Shown piece by piece: positions 18,680-28,282 of a stretch of 64,000 nucleotides of DNA (the first letter of the stretch is position 1; the number at the start of each line of letters is the position of its first letter). The notes under the pieces are model-generated. The model saw only the letters and a list, made by a program, of their open reading frames with translations. It was not told the origin of the DNA and ran no database searches. The position numbers and the translations under genes were made by a program. This DNA comes from a bacterium (lineage in GTDB: Bacteria > Krumholzibacteriota > Krumholzibacteriia > LZORAL124-64-63): assembly GCA_031441465.1 (NCBI GenBank), contig JANOEP010000049.1, forward strand, positions 15,210 to 79,209, in the 5' to 3' direction.

Positions 18680-18808
18680 CGGTACAAGCCGTCGTGACAG
18701 GGGTGTCCGGAGGTATCCTGCGCCAGGAGGGCGCAGGATGCCGCAGGCCAAGCGCGCCGGGCACAGGATGTGCCCGGCACGCGTCCCCTGTCGCGACGGC
18801 TTGTACCG
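18680..18808. repeat. 129-bp palindromic element (MITE/ERIC-like or structured RNA) with 24-bp terminal inverted repeats
   Basis: CGGTACAAGCCGTCGTGACAGGGG ... CCCCTGTCGCGACGGCTTGTACCG (23/24 complementary) enclosing two hairpins with AGGA loops. Confidence 0.75.
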
Positions 18809-18812
18809 TTGT

Positions 18813-19625
18813 TCAGCGGAAGGCTGTGATGTAGGCCACCCAAGCCGGCGAATTGTCGCCCTCGTCTCGGAGCTGGAATTCGCCGTCGGGCTCGCCGTCC
18901 TCGTCGGCGCCCTCCCAGTAGACATCCACCCGCGAGAAGCCGGCCTCCAGCAGGAGGTCGCGGACCTCGGGGATCGACCACAGGCGCCAACGGTAGACGA
19001 AGGCGTTGGTCAGCTCGCTGCCGTCGGGGAAGCGGAAGTGGATGCGGCAGACGTATTCGTGGGTGATGGGGTTGAAGGCGTCCTGATCCCAGACGTAGGT
19101 GAAGCCCTCGCAGTCGCGCTCTTCGAACTGGAGCACCTGGGCCTCCGACCCGCCGAAGATGTCCAGCATCAGCATGCCTTCGGGGCGAAGCGAGCGCCGG
19201 CAGTTCTCCAGGTAGCCCTTCAGTTCCGCGCGCCCGTGGAAGCACCACCACGAGAAGTTCGTGGCGGCCAGCACGTCCACGGCCGGGCCGGCGACGTGGC
19301 GCACGTCGTCCTGGACCAGCGTGGCGCGCGCGGCGGCGGCGCCCAGCGGTTGCACGTTGTGCTCGCGGCCCCAGTCGAGGGTCGGGCCGTCGAGGTCCAC
19401 GCCCAGGGCCGTGTTGTCCGGTCGGTGGCGGATCCAGCAGCAGCCCAGGTTCAGCGTCCCGCAGAAATCCTCGCGCAGGTCGCGCGGGAGGCGCCCGTAG
19501 GCGGCGGCGAAGGCGTGGTCGATGAACTCGACCTCGGCCTCGGGGTTCTGCACGGCGTTCTCGTAGAGCAGGTGGGGATCGGCGGTGGCGGCGGTCAGCC
19601 GCGGACGTCTGGCGGTCCTGGACAA
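18813..19625 (-). CDS. Class I SAM-dependent methyltransferase-like protein
   Basis: LYENAVQNP, LREDFCGT, GVDLD, NFSWW, LDIFGG, YRWRLWSIPE; likely TTG start at 19625 after GGAG (GTG at 19652 is the alternative). Confidence 0.75.
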   Translation of the reverse strand: MSRTARRPRLTAATADPHLLYENAVQNPEAEVEFIDHAFAAAYGRLPRDLREDFCGTLNLGCCWIRHRPDNTALGVDLDGPTLDWGREHNVQPLGAAAARATLVQDDVRHVAGPAVDVLAATNFSWWCFHGRAELKGYLENCRRSLRPEGMLMLDIFGGSEAQVLQFEERDCEGFTYVWDQDAFNPITHEYVCRIHFRFPDGSELTNAFVYRWRLWSIPEVRDLLLEAGFSRVDVYWEGADEDGEPDGEFQLRDEGDNSPAWVAYITAFR

Positions 19626-20026
19626 GGTGTTATCTCCCGATCGTATGTCCACCTGGGGCGACCCCGCGCGGGTCGCCGGCGCCGGGGAACATAATCACAC
19701 GCGGCGACCACGAACAACCACCAATCGGACGCCGATCCGCACCTCCGCTGCCACGACTGCCCCCGTCGCGTCATCATCGGATCTTGCACGGTCGGCCCGC
19801 CGTCGGTCCGGAAATGCCTGACCCGTGTCGCCCGCCGTCCGATTGCGGAACTCATCCTCAGCGTCGTGGGGAGCCTGCCGGGTTCCGGGCGGCTAGGCGC
19901 GACACCGCCGGCACCCCGGTCTCCCGTGCCAACCCCCCGTCCACGAGCACCTTGCGACCCTCGTGCGGGGCGACTGCAATGCCATGTGCAAAGGGATGTT
20001 ACGTAAACAGCGCCTGCCATGACCTG

Positions 20027-20042
20027 TGGCATATCGCTTGCA
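20027..20042 (+). promoter_or_regulatory. Sigma54 (-24/-12) promoter
   Basis: TGGCAT-ATCGC-TTGCA with exact GG(-24)/GC(-12) spacing, about 105 bp upstream of the giant gene. Confidence 0.75.
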
Positions 20043-20147
20043 CCTGGACCCGCTGGCCCGTGCCGCAACGCCGGATCTCCATGTCCGGCTTTGCATTCTG
20101 CACGGCCGTCCGCGACCCGGACGTCCCTGGATCCCTTCCACGGCGGG

Positions 20148-23100
20148 ATGACCATGAACGAGCGCACGCGCAGCAAGTTCGCCATCGCCAAGTTCGCCAC
20201 TGTCTTGGCTCTGGGCCTGATGGCCCTGGCCCCGACGGTCGCCCAGGCGTTCGACCACCTCGAGATCACGGTGATCAACCCCGAGATCGTCGACGGCCGG
20301 CCCTCGGTGACCATCTACGAACAGTTCAGCGTGCTCGTGCGGGCGGTGAACGCCGACGGCTCGACCGACACCGCGGCGGACTTCATCCGCGCCGCGCTGT
20401 CCTCGCCGGACGTGGCCGCGAACATGCCGGCGTCGGCCTACCTGCAGAACGGCGAGCGCATCTTCACCGGGATCGACTTCCTGGACGACGGGCAGCCGGT
20501 CCGGATGCGCGTCGCGGACCAGGACGACGGCTCGGTGCCGTTCGCCCAGGTGGAGATCAACTGCTACAACTTCGTTCACCATTTCGAATTCGGCGTGCCG
20601 CCCGGCGACAAGTTCGTCGGCCAGACCGTCGCGCTGACGGTCACCGCCCGCGATCATCTCAACGCGGCCGTCCGCAACTTCGGCGACGACGTGGTGCTGT
20701 CGCCGGCCCTCGGGCACTTCACCGCGGGCCCGTCGCTCACCGTCGGCGGCGGTTCGTTCGTCTTCGGCGTCGCCGCGGTCAACGTGGTCTTCCAGGGCAC
20801 CGATCCCGCGACGCAGCAGAACACGGTCAACGCCCTGAACACCGTCGTCTACCCGACGCAGGCCTCGGCCGCGATCGGCAGCGGGCTCGTGGCGCCCCTC
20901 TACCCCGGGACCCTGAACCGCGTCGTGCTGCTGCTGCCGGGCCAGACCCTCACGCCCGGCGTCAGTCCGGGCCGCAGCGGCACGGCCATCGCACAGATCT
21001 CGGGCTTCCCGTTCACCGGCATCGACGTCTACGCGACCGACCAGTACTGGAACCCCGTGGCGGCGGGCCCCTTCCCGACGCTGGCCTGGAGCGCGAACGA
21101 CGCGGCGCCCGGCGTGGCGCTACCCGCAGGCGGCCCCATGAGCAGCAACACGGTCCAGGACCAGGCGGCCACCCTGATGACCTCGGGCCTGCGCCAGATG
21201 ACCGTCACCGCGTCGGGGGCCATCTCGACCTCGAGTTCGGCGAACGTCCAGGTCAACCCGGCGGGCCTCCACCACTTCTCGTTCGACTACGCCGTGCTCG
21301 ACACCAACGTCGTCCAGGCGACCACGACCCCGTTCCAGATCCGGGTGCGCGCCTACGACTCGTTCAACAATCTCTTCCCGTACAACGGGCCGGTTTCGAT
21401 GCGGGTGCGCATCGGCGCGAGCGACGAGAGCGCCGACTACCTGATCACGACCAGCAACAACTTCGTCGGCGGCGTGCTGAACGCCTCGATGCAGGTGACC
21501 AAGCGCGCGTTCAGCGCCCGGATCATCGTCGACAGCAACACCGGCGTGGTGACGCTGTCGGGCGACTTCCAGGTGAACGCGGGTCCCATGGAGAAGGTCC
21601 TGTTCACGCTGCCAGGCCAGACCTGGACGCCCGGTCTGAACGACCCGGACTTCGGCGGCAACATCGGCCTGCCCACGCCGATCGTCGCCGGGCAGATGGT
21701 CGAACCCCTGGAGATCCGGGCCGTGGACCGCTACGGGAACCTCGTCTCCGGCGCGCGCACCGTCGCCATCACCTGCCCGACGGGCCACCTGCTGCTGCTC
21801 GACGGCGGGGGCAGCCTGATCGAGAGCGGCGTCATCAGCCTGAACGGGACCGGCGTCTACAGCGCGTTGATGGCGACGTTCGGCGACCAGGTGCTGCAGG
21901 CCGGCGTCGGCGGGCAGGCGGACAGCTTCTCGAGCCCCCTGCACGTCTCGCCGAACACCTACCAGCGGCTGATGGTGATCGCGCCCGGCGAGACGCTGGA
22001 CGCCGGCACGATCTACGCGCCCGGCAAGCTCGGCCTCCCGTCCCCGCAGGACGCGGGTGCGCCCTTCAACATCCAGGTCGTCGCCACCGACTACTACTTC
22101 AACCCGATCGACGCGACGAGCCCGTTCCTGCCGATCCCGCTCAGCTTCACCAGCACCGATCTCCAGGCGACCCTGCCCGCCGGGCCCCAGAGCCTGCAGA
22201 CCGGGACCGGCGTCTTCCAGGTCACGCTCAAGACGCTGGCCGACCCCAACCAGCAGCTGGTCACCGCCACCGACCAGGTGCGGTCCTACACCGCGTCCGC
22301 GCTGATCCCGGTCGAGGCCGGCGTGATCGACCACTTCGAGATCGGCGTCAACAACGGCACCAACCCCGACCCGACCGACAGCCTCGAGTCCGTGCCCGAC
22401 CACCAGGCCGGCGCTTGGCTGCCGAACCTCACCGTGATCGCGCGCGACGCCTACGGCAACCACATCCGCGCCTTCACCGACAGCGTCACCCTGCACCTGA
22501 ACGTGGACGGCGACGTGCTGGCGCCGGTGCGCATCAGCCTCGCCGACGGCTACGGCAGCGGCACCTACCAGGGCGTGTGGCGCGGCAGCCTGCGCATCAC
22601 GCGCGCCGGCTCGGGGGTCACCGTGTCGGCCTTGGACGACATCTACGGCCGCTCGGGCGTGAGTAACGCCTTCACCGTCTTCCCGGGCGCCTACGTCGGC
22701 TTGCAGGTCCTGCTGCCGGGCGAGACGGCCACACCGGGCGAAGCGCCCGGCAAGTTCGGCACCCCGTTGCCGGTGGTGGCCGGAGAAGAAGTGACCGCCG
22801 CGGTGTCCGCCCTGGACGCCTGGTGGAACCCGACGCCCGCCGGCCCCATCGTCAGGGTGTCGAGCAGCGGCTATGCAGACCTGATCTCGGCCAACGACGT
22901 GCCGCTGGATCCCGACGGCACGTCGGACTTCGCGCTGTCCTTCCGCACGGCGACGGCGCAGACGCTGCGCGCGCGGGACCTCGCGGTGTCCGCCCGCCGC
23001 GATTCCTGCCTCGCGACGGTGACCCCGGACGCGTTCTACCGCCTCCAGGCGATCGCGCCGGGAGAGACGCCGAATCCGGGCGGCCCCGAGGTCGACGGCA

Positions 23101-26100
23101 AGACCGGCGCGCCCGCGGTGCAGACCGCGACGCTGCAGTTCCCGCTGACCGTCAACGCCGTCGACCGCTTCTGGAACCGGGTCGACAACAGCTTCCACAA
23201 CATCCACCTCGGCAGCGACGAGGGCTCCATCGTGCCGGGCAACCCCCTGAACAACGGCCAGGCGCTGGCCGCCGGCGAGATCGTGTTCCCCGTGGCGATC
23301 TCGAGCCTCGGCTACGCCACGCTCACGGCCTACGACCTGACCGACGCCGGGATCCTGGGCCACGACGTGGTCGTGCAGGTTGCCGCCGGGGCCCAGTACC
23401 GGATCACGACCCCCGACACCGCGCTCGTCGGTCCGCCGAGCACCTTCGCCATGACCGTGGAACTGGTGGACGAGGCCGGGACCGTCATGGTCAACGCCTA
23501 CAACCCGGTCACCCTGCGCGTCCTGACGCCGACGCTGCAGCCGGCCCCGGGCGTGCTGCTGGCGACGGGCGCCCAGCTGACCGCCGGCGTCGTCACGATC
23601 CCCGGCCAGGCCTACGACATCGCCAGCCGCATCGTCGTCGAGGTGAGCGACACCTCCGGTCGGCTCGGCTACAGCGACATCATCCGCATGGACCCCAACG
23701 GTCTCTGGTACGACGTCATCGTCGGCACGACCCCGACGCCCGTGACGGGGCCGCCGGCGGCCTTCCCGGTGACGGTGCGGCTGCGCGACACCGAGACCGG
23801 GTCGCTCGTGGACGACGACCGTTTCTTCAGCGTCGCGGTCGTCGACGACGACGGCGCGCTCGGAGCGGGTGCCGTCGGCGTGACCACACGCCGCCTGGTC
23901 GACGGCCAGGTCACCTTCCAGCAGACCTACACGCAGGCCGGCGAGTTCGCGGTGCGCGCCTTCGATCCCAGCGGCCTGGCCGGCGACAGCCCCCTGTTCA
24001 CCGTCCAGCCGAGCGGGTACCAGCGGCTGCAGCTGCTGGCGCCGGGGGAGACGGCACGACCGGGCGCCGCCGCCTTCGCCGCCACCGGCAAGTCGGCCCT
24101 GCCCGACACCCAGCGCTCGGGCGAACCGTTCCCGCTCGCGGTGCGCGCCGTGGACCAGTACTGGAACCCGATCGGCGACGAAGCGTCCGGCCGGATCCAC
24201 CTCGCGGCGACCGACGGCTCGTTCTCCTGGCCGGACAACCCCGACCCGCAGGACGCGCCCTTCTTCCTGGGCGGCCGCGCCGTCGACGCCTTCCTGGTGG
24301 CCGAGGGCGAGGTGGGCGTGACCGTGAGCGATCTCGACGCGCCGCAGCTGCCGGGGCAGACCGTCGCGGTGCCGGTGCGCCGCCCGTACGCCTACGAGGT
24401 CACCGTGCCCGCGTCTGCCCAGACCGGCGGCATGCCGGGCTTCGCGATGACGGTGCGGCTGGTCGACCCCGACACCGGGGACCCCATCGCCGACGCGGGG
24501 CACCGCGTCACCCTGACGCCGCTGCGGGCCAACTTCGCGCCCGGCACGGGCGTGCTCGGCACCGCGGAGGTCTACCTGGTCAACGGCGTCTCGTTCATCA
24601 GCGACCAGAGCTACAGCGCCCTGGAAGACCTGCGGGTCCGCGTCGCCGACGACTACGGCCGGCAGGCCACGAGCGACGTCGTGACGATGGAGACGGGCGG
24701 CCTCTACTACGACGTGGTCGCGCCCGCGACCGCGACCGTGGGCGGCCCGGCCACCCTCCCGATCGCGGTCGACCTGATCGACAGCAACACCGGCGAGCGC
24801 GTGACGGCCCACAGCGGCCTGATCCAGATCTCGGTGCTCAGCGCCGCCACCGGCGAGGCCGGCGGCGGCGTGCTGGGCACCATCCAGCAGATGCTGACCG
24901 GCGGCCACACCGACATCCAGCAGACCTACACGCTGGCCGAGGAAGTCTACTTCCGCGTCGTCGACGGCGACGGCAACGAGGGCTTCTCCAACAGCTGCCG
25001 CCTGGAAGCCGACGGCTTCAAGCAGCTGCAGATCGTCGCGCCCGGCGAGACGCCCGAGCCCGGCGCCGAGGCCGGCACCGGCAAGATCGGCGCCCCGGTG
25101 GTCCAGACGGCGGGCGAGCCCTTCGTCGTGGAACTGCGCGCGGTCGACCAGTTCTTCAACCCCGTCACGTCGCTGGACGACGGCGCCCTGGAGCTGACCT
25201 GCTCGGAGCCCGATCTCTTCGCCTGGCAGAATCCCGCGGACTACCACGCCCCCTTCGTCGGCGGTCGCCGGCAGGTGGGGGTCGTGCTCGACGGCGCGGG
25301 CAACCTGACCCTCAGCGCCGACGACACCCAGCACCCGTCGGCCGGCCAGGGCCACGTGACCATCCCGGTGGCGGAGGCCGTCTACCAGGTCACCGTCCCG
25401 GACACGACCTTCGTGGGGCCGCCCTCGCGCTTCGCGGTGGGCGTGCGCCTGGTCAACCCGGCCACCGGGGCCACGGTGCCGGCGGGCAACCGCATCGCCC
25501 TGGAAGCGCTGCGCTACGACTTCGGCGCGCCCGAAGGACTGCTCGGCGTCACGGGGTGGACGCTGCTGCAGGGCTCGGCCGACATCGCCACGCAGAGCTA
25601 CGGCGTCAGCGAGCGCATCATCATCCGCGTGTCCGACGAGCGCGGCCGCACGACCGACAGCGCCGTGGTGACGGTCATCCCCGTGGGCGTGACCTACGCC
25701 GTGACGGCCCCCGACACGGTCGTCGCCGGCGAGTCCTGGCCGCTGTCGGTCACGCGCGTCGACGTGACCACGGGCCGTCTGGTCACCGGCTACGACGAGA
25801 CCTTCAGCATCTCGGCGATCAACGCCTGGTCGGGCGCGGTGCGCCCCGATCCGGCGCTCGTGCCGACGGGCGTGCTGCGCTACACCTACGGCGCCACCGT
25901 CGAGGGCCGCGCGCTGCTCGACAACCAGGCCTACGACCGCGCCGAGTCGATCTACCTGCGCGTGACCGACGCCGCCGGCGGCGACGTGCTCAGCCGCCTG
26001 ATCACCGTGCTGGCCGCGCCGGCCCGGTTCTTCACCCTGACCCTGCTCGAGCCGGACGGCTCGCCCTTCGACCGCGTCCTGCGGCCCGACCAGCAGATCC

Positions 26101-26939
26101 GCGTCCGCGTCGCGGCGCGCGACGAGGGCGGCAACCCGGCGCCCCGCGCCGCCGTCGCCTTCGAGATCCGCGCCGGAGAGGCCACGCTCGGCTCGGCGCG
26201 CGCCGGCGCGGTGCACCTGACGACCGGCAGCGACGGCACCGTCGAGACGACCCTGCGCATCGGCGCCTTCGGGACGACGGACGTCCTGCTGCGGGCCGGC
26301 GTGGACGCCCTCGACCCCGAGGAGGTCCTGCTGAGCGTGGCCGGGCCGCCGGTCACCACGGTGATGTTCACGGGCGTCGCCAGCGAGTACCTCGACGGCT
26401 GGTACGTCAGCGACGACACGCGGATCGCCCTGTCGGCGGTGCCGGGGATCCCCGAGGCGACCACGACGATCCGTTTCGACATCGATCAGGCCGACGGCGT
26501 GCAGCCGCTGACCGCCTACGAGGAGCCCTTCACCCTGGGCGACCTGATCCCGGGCGAATCCGGGGTTCATGTCCTGCGCTTCTTTGCCGAAGAGAACACC
26601 GGCGTGCAGGAGGCGCTGAGGGAAATCAAGCTGTACACCACGCAGGCGTTGGCCGAGGACCGGGAGATCACCAACCGCCCCAACCCGTTCAACCCCGTGC
26701 TCGAGCTGACGCGGATCCTGTTCAAACCGACGGCCGCCGGTACCGTGAACATCACGATCTACGACCTCTACGGGGCGATCGTGCTGAATCACCACCTGAA
26801 CGCCGCCGCCGACCAGACCACCGAATTCGCCTGGAACGGCCGCAACGGCCAGGGCGACGTGGTGGCCAACGGCGGCTACATCTGCCGGGTGACCGGCCAG
26901 GGCTTCGATTTCCGCCGCAAGATCGCGGTGGTGAAGTAG
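20148..26939 (+). CDS. Giant (~2,260 aa) secreted repetitive Ig-like surface protein with FlgD/T9SS-like C-terminal domain
   Basis: Signal peptide (...TVAQA-F); repeated PG[EQ]T...A.D.[YFW][WFG]N and Y.V..P...G.P..F units; C-term NRPNPFNP...IYDLYG...WNGRNGQGDVVANGGYICRV...KIAVVK; start 20148 or 20154. Confidence 0.85.
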   Translation: MTMNERTRSKFAIAKFATVLALGLMALAPTVAQAFDHLEITVINPEIVDGRPSVTIYEQFSVLVRAVNADGSTDTAADFIRAALSSPDVAANMPASAYLQNGERIFTGIDFLDDGQPVRMRVADQDDGSVPFAQVEINCYNFVHHFEFGVPPGDKFVGQTVALTVTARDHLNAAVRNFGDDVVLSPALGHFTAGPSLTVGGGSFVFGVAAVNVVFQGTDPATQQNTVNALNTVVYPTQASAAIGSGLVAPLYPGTLNRVVLLLPGQTLTPGVSPGRSGTAIAQISGFPFTGIDVYATDQYWNPVAAGPFPTLAWSANDAAPGVALPAGGPMSSNTVQDQAATLMTSGLRQMTVTASGAISTSSSANVQVNPAGLHHFSFDYAVLDTNVVQATTTPFQIRVRAYDSFNNLFPYNGPVSMRVRIGASDESADYLITTSNNFVGGVLNASMQVTKRAFSARIIVDSNTGVVTLSGDFQVNAGPMEKVLFTLPGQTWTPGLNDPDFGGNIGLPTPIVAGQMVEPLEIRAVDRYGNLVSGARTVAITCPTGHLLLLDGGGSLIESGVISLNGTGVYSALMATFGDQVLQAGVGGQADSFSSPLHVSPNTYQRLMVIAPGETLDAGTIYAPGKLGLPSPQDAGAPFNIQVVATDYYFNPIDATSPFLPIPLSFTSTDLQATLPAGPQSLQTGTGVFQVTLKTLADPNQQLVTATDQVRSYTASALIPVEAGVIDHFEIGVNNGTNPDPTDSLESVPDHQAGAWLPNLTVIARDAYGNHIRAFTDSVTLHLNVDGDVLAPVRISLADGYGSGTYQGVWRGSLRITRAGSGVTVSALDDIYGRSGVSNAFTVFPGAYVGLQVLLPGETATPGEAPGKFGTPLPVVAGEEVTAAVSALDAWWNPTPAGPIVRVSSSGYADLISANDVPLDPDGTSDFALSFRTATAQTLRARDLAVSARRDSCLATVTPDAFYRLQAIAPGETPNPGGPEVDGKTGAPAVQTATLQFPLTVNAVDRFWNRVDNSFHNIHLGSDEGSIVPGNPLNNGQALAAGEIVFPVAISSLGYATLTAYDLTDAGILGHDVVVQVAAGAQYRITTPDTALVGPPSTFAMTVELVDEAGTVMVNAYNPVTLRVLTPTLQPAPGVLLATGAQLTAGVVTIPGQAYDIASRIVVEVSDTSGRLGYSDIIRMDPNGLWYDVIVGTTPTPVTGPPAAFPVTVRLRDTETGSLVDDDRFFSVAVVDDDGALGAGAVGVTTRRLVDGQVTFQQTYTQAGEFAVRAFDPSGLAGDSPLFTVQPSGYQRLQLLAPGETARPGAAAFAATGKSALPDTQRSGEPFPLAVRAVDQYWNPIGDEASGRIHLAATDGSFSWPDNPDPQDAPFFLGGRAVDAFLVAEGEVGVTVSDLDAPQLPGQTVAVPVRRPYAYEVTVPASAQTGGMPGFAMTVRLVDPDTGDPIADAGHRVTLTPLRANFAPGTGVLGTAEVYLVNGVSFISDQSYSALEDLRVRVADDYGRQATSDVVTMETGGLYYDVVAPATATVGGPATLPIAVDLIDSNTGERVTAHSGLIQISVLSAATGEAGGGVLGTIQQMLTGGHTDIQQTYTLAEEVYFRVVDGDGNEGFSNSCRLEADGFKQLQIVAPGETPEPGAEAGTGKIGAPVVQTAGEPFVVELRAVDQFFNPVTSLDDGALELTCSEPDLFAWQNPADYHAPFVGGRRQVGVVLDGAGNLTLSADDTQHPSAGQGHVTIPVAEAVYQVTVPDTTFVGPPSRFAVGVRLVNPATGATVPAGNRIALEALRYDFGAPEGLLGVTGWTLLQGSADIATQSYGVSERIIIRVSDERGRTTDSAVVTVIPVGVTYAVTAPDTVVAGESWPLSVTRVDVTTGRLVTGYDETFSISAINAWSGAVRPDPALVPTGVLRYTYGATVEGRALLDNQAYDRAESIYLRVTDAAGGDVLSRLITVLAAPARFFTLTLLEPDGSPFDRVLRPDQQIRVRVAARDEGGNPAPRAAVAFEIRAGEATLGSARAGAVHLTTGSDGTVETTLRIGAFGTTDVLLRAGVDALDPEEVLLSVAGPPVTTVMFTGVASEYLDGWYVSDDTRIALSAVPGIPEATTTIRFDIDQADGVQPLTAYEEPFTLGDLIPGESGVHVLRFFAEENTGVQEALREIKLYTTQALAEDREITNRPNPFNPVLELTRILFKPTAAGTVNITIYDLYGAIVLNHHLNAAADQTTEFAWNGRNGQGDVVANGGYICRVTGQGFDFRRKIAVVK

Positions 26940-26947
26940 GAGAGGCC

Positions 26948-28282
26948 ATGCAGCGCCACGCGGACAACAACCAGCGCCAGCACCCCCGACGCGCCCGCGG
27001 TGCGACGGTCCGGCGATTCGTCGCGTTCCTGACCCTGGCGGCCGTCCTGGCCGCCGCGCCGGCCCTCGCCGGCCAGGACGGCGGCGCGCCCGGCGCGTTC
27101 CTGCGCTTCGGCAGCAGCGCCCGCAGCCTCGCCCTGGGCGGGGCCGTCGGCGCGCTCGGCGGCGACGTCGCCACCGTGTACTGGAACCCGGCCGCCTTGT
27201 CGCAGCTGCGCACGATGGAGGTGACGGCGATGGGAGCCACCCTCTTCGGCGACACCCGCTACTCGTACGTGGCGTTCGGCCTGCCGAGCGAGGGCCGGGG
27301 CACCTTCGCCTTCAGCGGCACCTTCACCAACAGCGGCGAGTTCGAGCGCGCGTCGGAGTGGATCGACATGAACGACACCTTCCAGGAGAAGGAAGGGATC
27401 TTCGCGCTGACCTACGGCCGCGGCAACAGCCGCCTGGGCTGGGGCGTCACCCTGAAGTCGATCTCCCAGGACGTGGGCGGCTTCACCGGCTCGGGCTATG
27501 GCGCCGACCTGGGCCTCTACCTGCGGCCCGAGCGCCGGCTCAGCCTGGGCGTCTCCTACCAGAACGCCCTGCAGCCCGAGATCACGCTGGTCGACCAACC
27601 CGAGAAGCTGGCCCGGACCCTGCGCGCCGGCGCCGGCCTGCATTTCTTCAACAACCGCATGCTCGTGCTGACCGACCTGGTCCGCACCGACGGGATGGAC
27701 CTGGACTTCCAGGGCGGCATCGAGACCTGGCCCCTGCGCCAGCTGGTGCTGCGCGGCGGTTACGACACCGTCCGCGACCAGACCAGCTTCGGGGCCGGCG
27801 TGCGCTGGCAGAACTGGCAGCTCGACTACGCCCACGTCGCGCACGACCTGGGCTCCACGACGGTGGTCAGCGCCACGATGCGCTTCGGCATCACCGACGG
27901 CGTCGAGATCCACAGCGACCGCCTGCGCTTCAGCCCGTCGGGGAACGACCGCAGCGTGTCCTTCGGGGTCGACACGGCGCTGCGCGGCGAGGTGGCGGAG
28001 TGGCGCGTCGAGATCCGCAACGACCAGGGCGAACTGGTGCGGCGGATCTTCGAGGAGGGCCCGCCGCCGGAGGCCGTGGCCTGGGGCGGCGAGGACGAGA
28101 ACGGCCGGCTGGTGGGCGACGGCGTCTACAGCGCCACCGTCTTCGTCATGGACGACCTGGGCCAGGAGTGGGACCACGAGGTCCAGGTGGAGATCATGGG
28201 CTTCCGCAACCGGACCCGGACCCCGATCCGCATCGACATCGACGGTTCCGAGAGCCTGAAATCGCGAGAGGACGACCGATGA
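26948..28282 (+). CDS. PorV/PorQ-family outer-membrane barrel fused to a C-terminal FlgD-like Ig domain
   Basis: GAFLRFGSSARSLALGGA...DVATVYWNPAAL (PorV/FadL-type N-term), DLG, LRGGY, LDYA; then FSPSGND...WRVEIRNDQGELVR...WGGEDENGRLVGDGVY. Confidence 0.75.
   Translation: MQRHADNNQRQHPRRARGATVRRFVAFLTLAAVLAAAPALAGQDGGAPGAFLRFGSSARSLALGGAVGALGGDVATVYWNPAALSQLRTMEVTAMGATLFGDTRYSYVAFGLPSEGRGTFAFSGTFTNSGEFERASEWIDMNDTFQEKEGIFALTYGRGNSRLGWGVTLKSISQDVGGFTGSGYGADLGLYLRPERRLSLGVSYQNALQPEITLVDQPEKLARTLRAGAGLHFFNNRMLVLTDLVRTDGMDLDFQGGIETWPLRQLVLRGGYDTVRDQTSFGAGVRWQNWQLDYAHVAHDLGSTTVVSATMRFGITDGVEIHSDRLRFSPSGNDRSVSFGVDTALRGEVAEWRVEIRNDQGELVRRIFEEGPPPEAVAWGGEDENGRLVGDGVYSATVFVMDDLGQEWDHEVQVEIMGFRNRTRTPIRIDIDGSESLKSREDDR

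Noticed and set aside
19660..19975. Riboswitch or ncRNA in the long intergenic region upstream of the giant gene
   Set aside because: No recognisable aptamer consensus on either strand by eye; an Infernal/Rfam scan would be needed
21120..26795. 1,891-aa minus-strand ORF and similar long ORFs (19784..22666, 28126..32094, 50913..53492, 5835..8222, 16116..18194, 61783..63759)
   Set aside because: Antisense or off-frame shadows of real genes, caused by stop-codon scarcity at high GC; they have low-complexity R/G/A/V composition and no motifs
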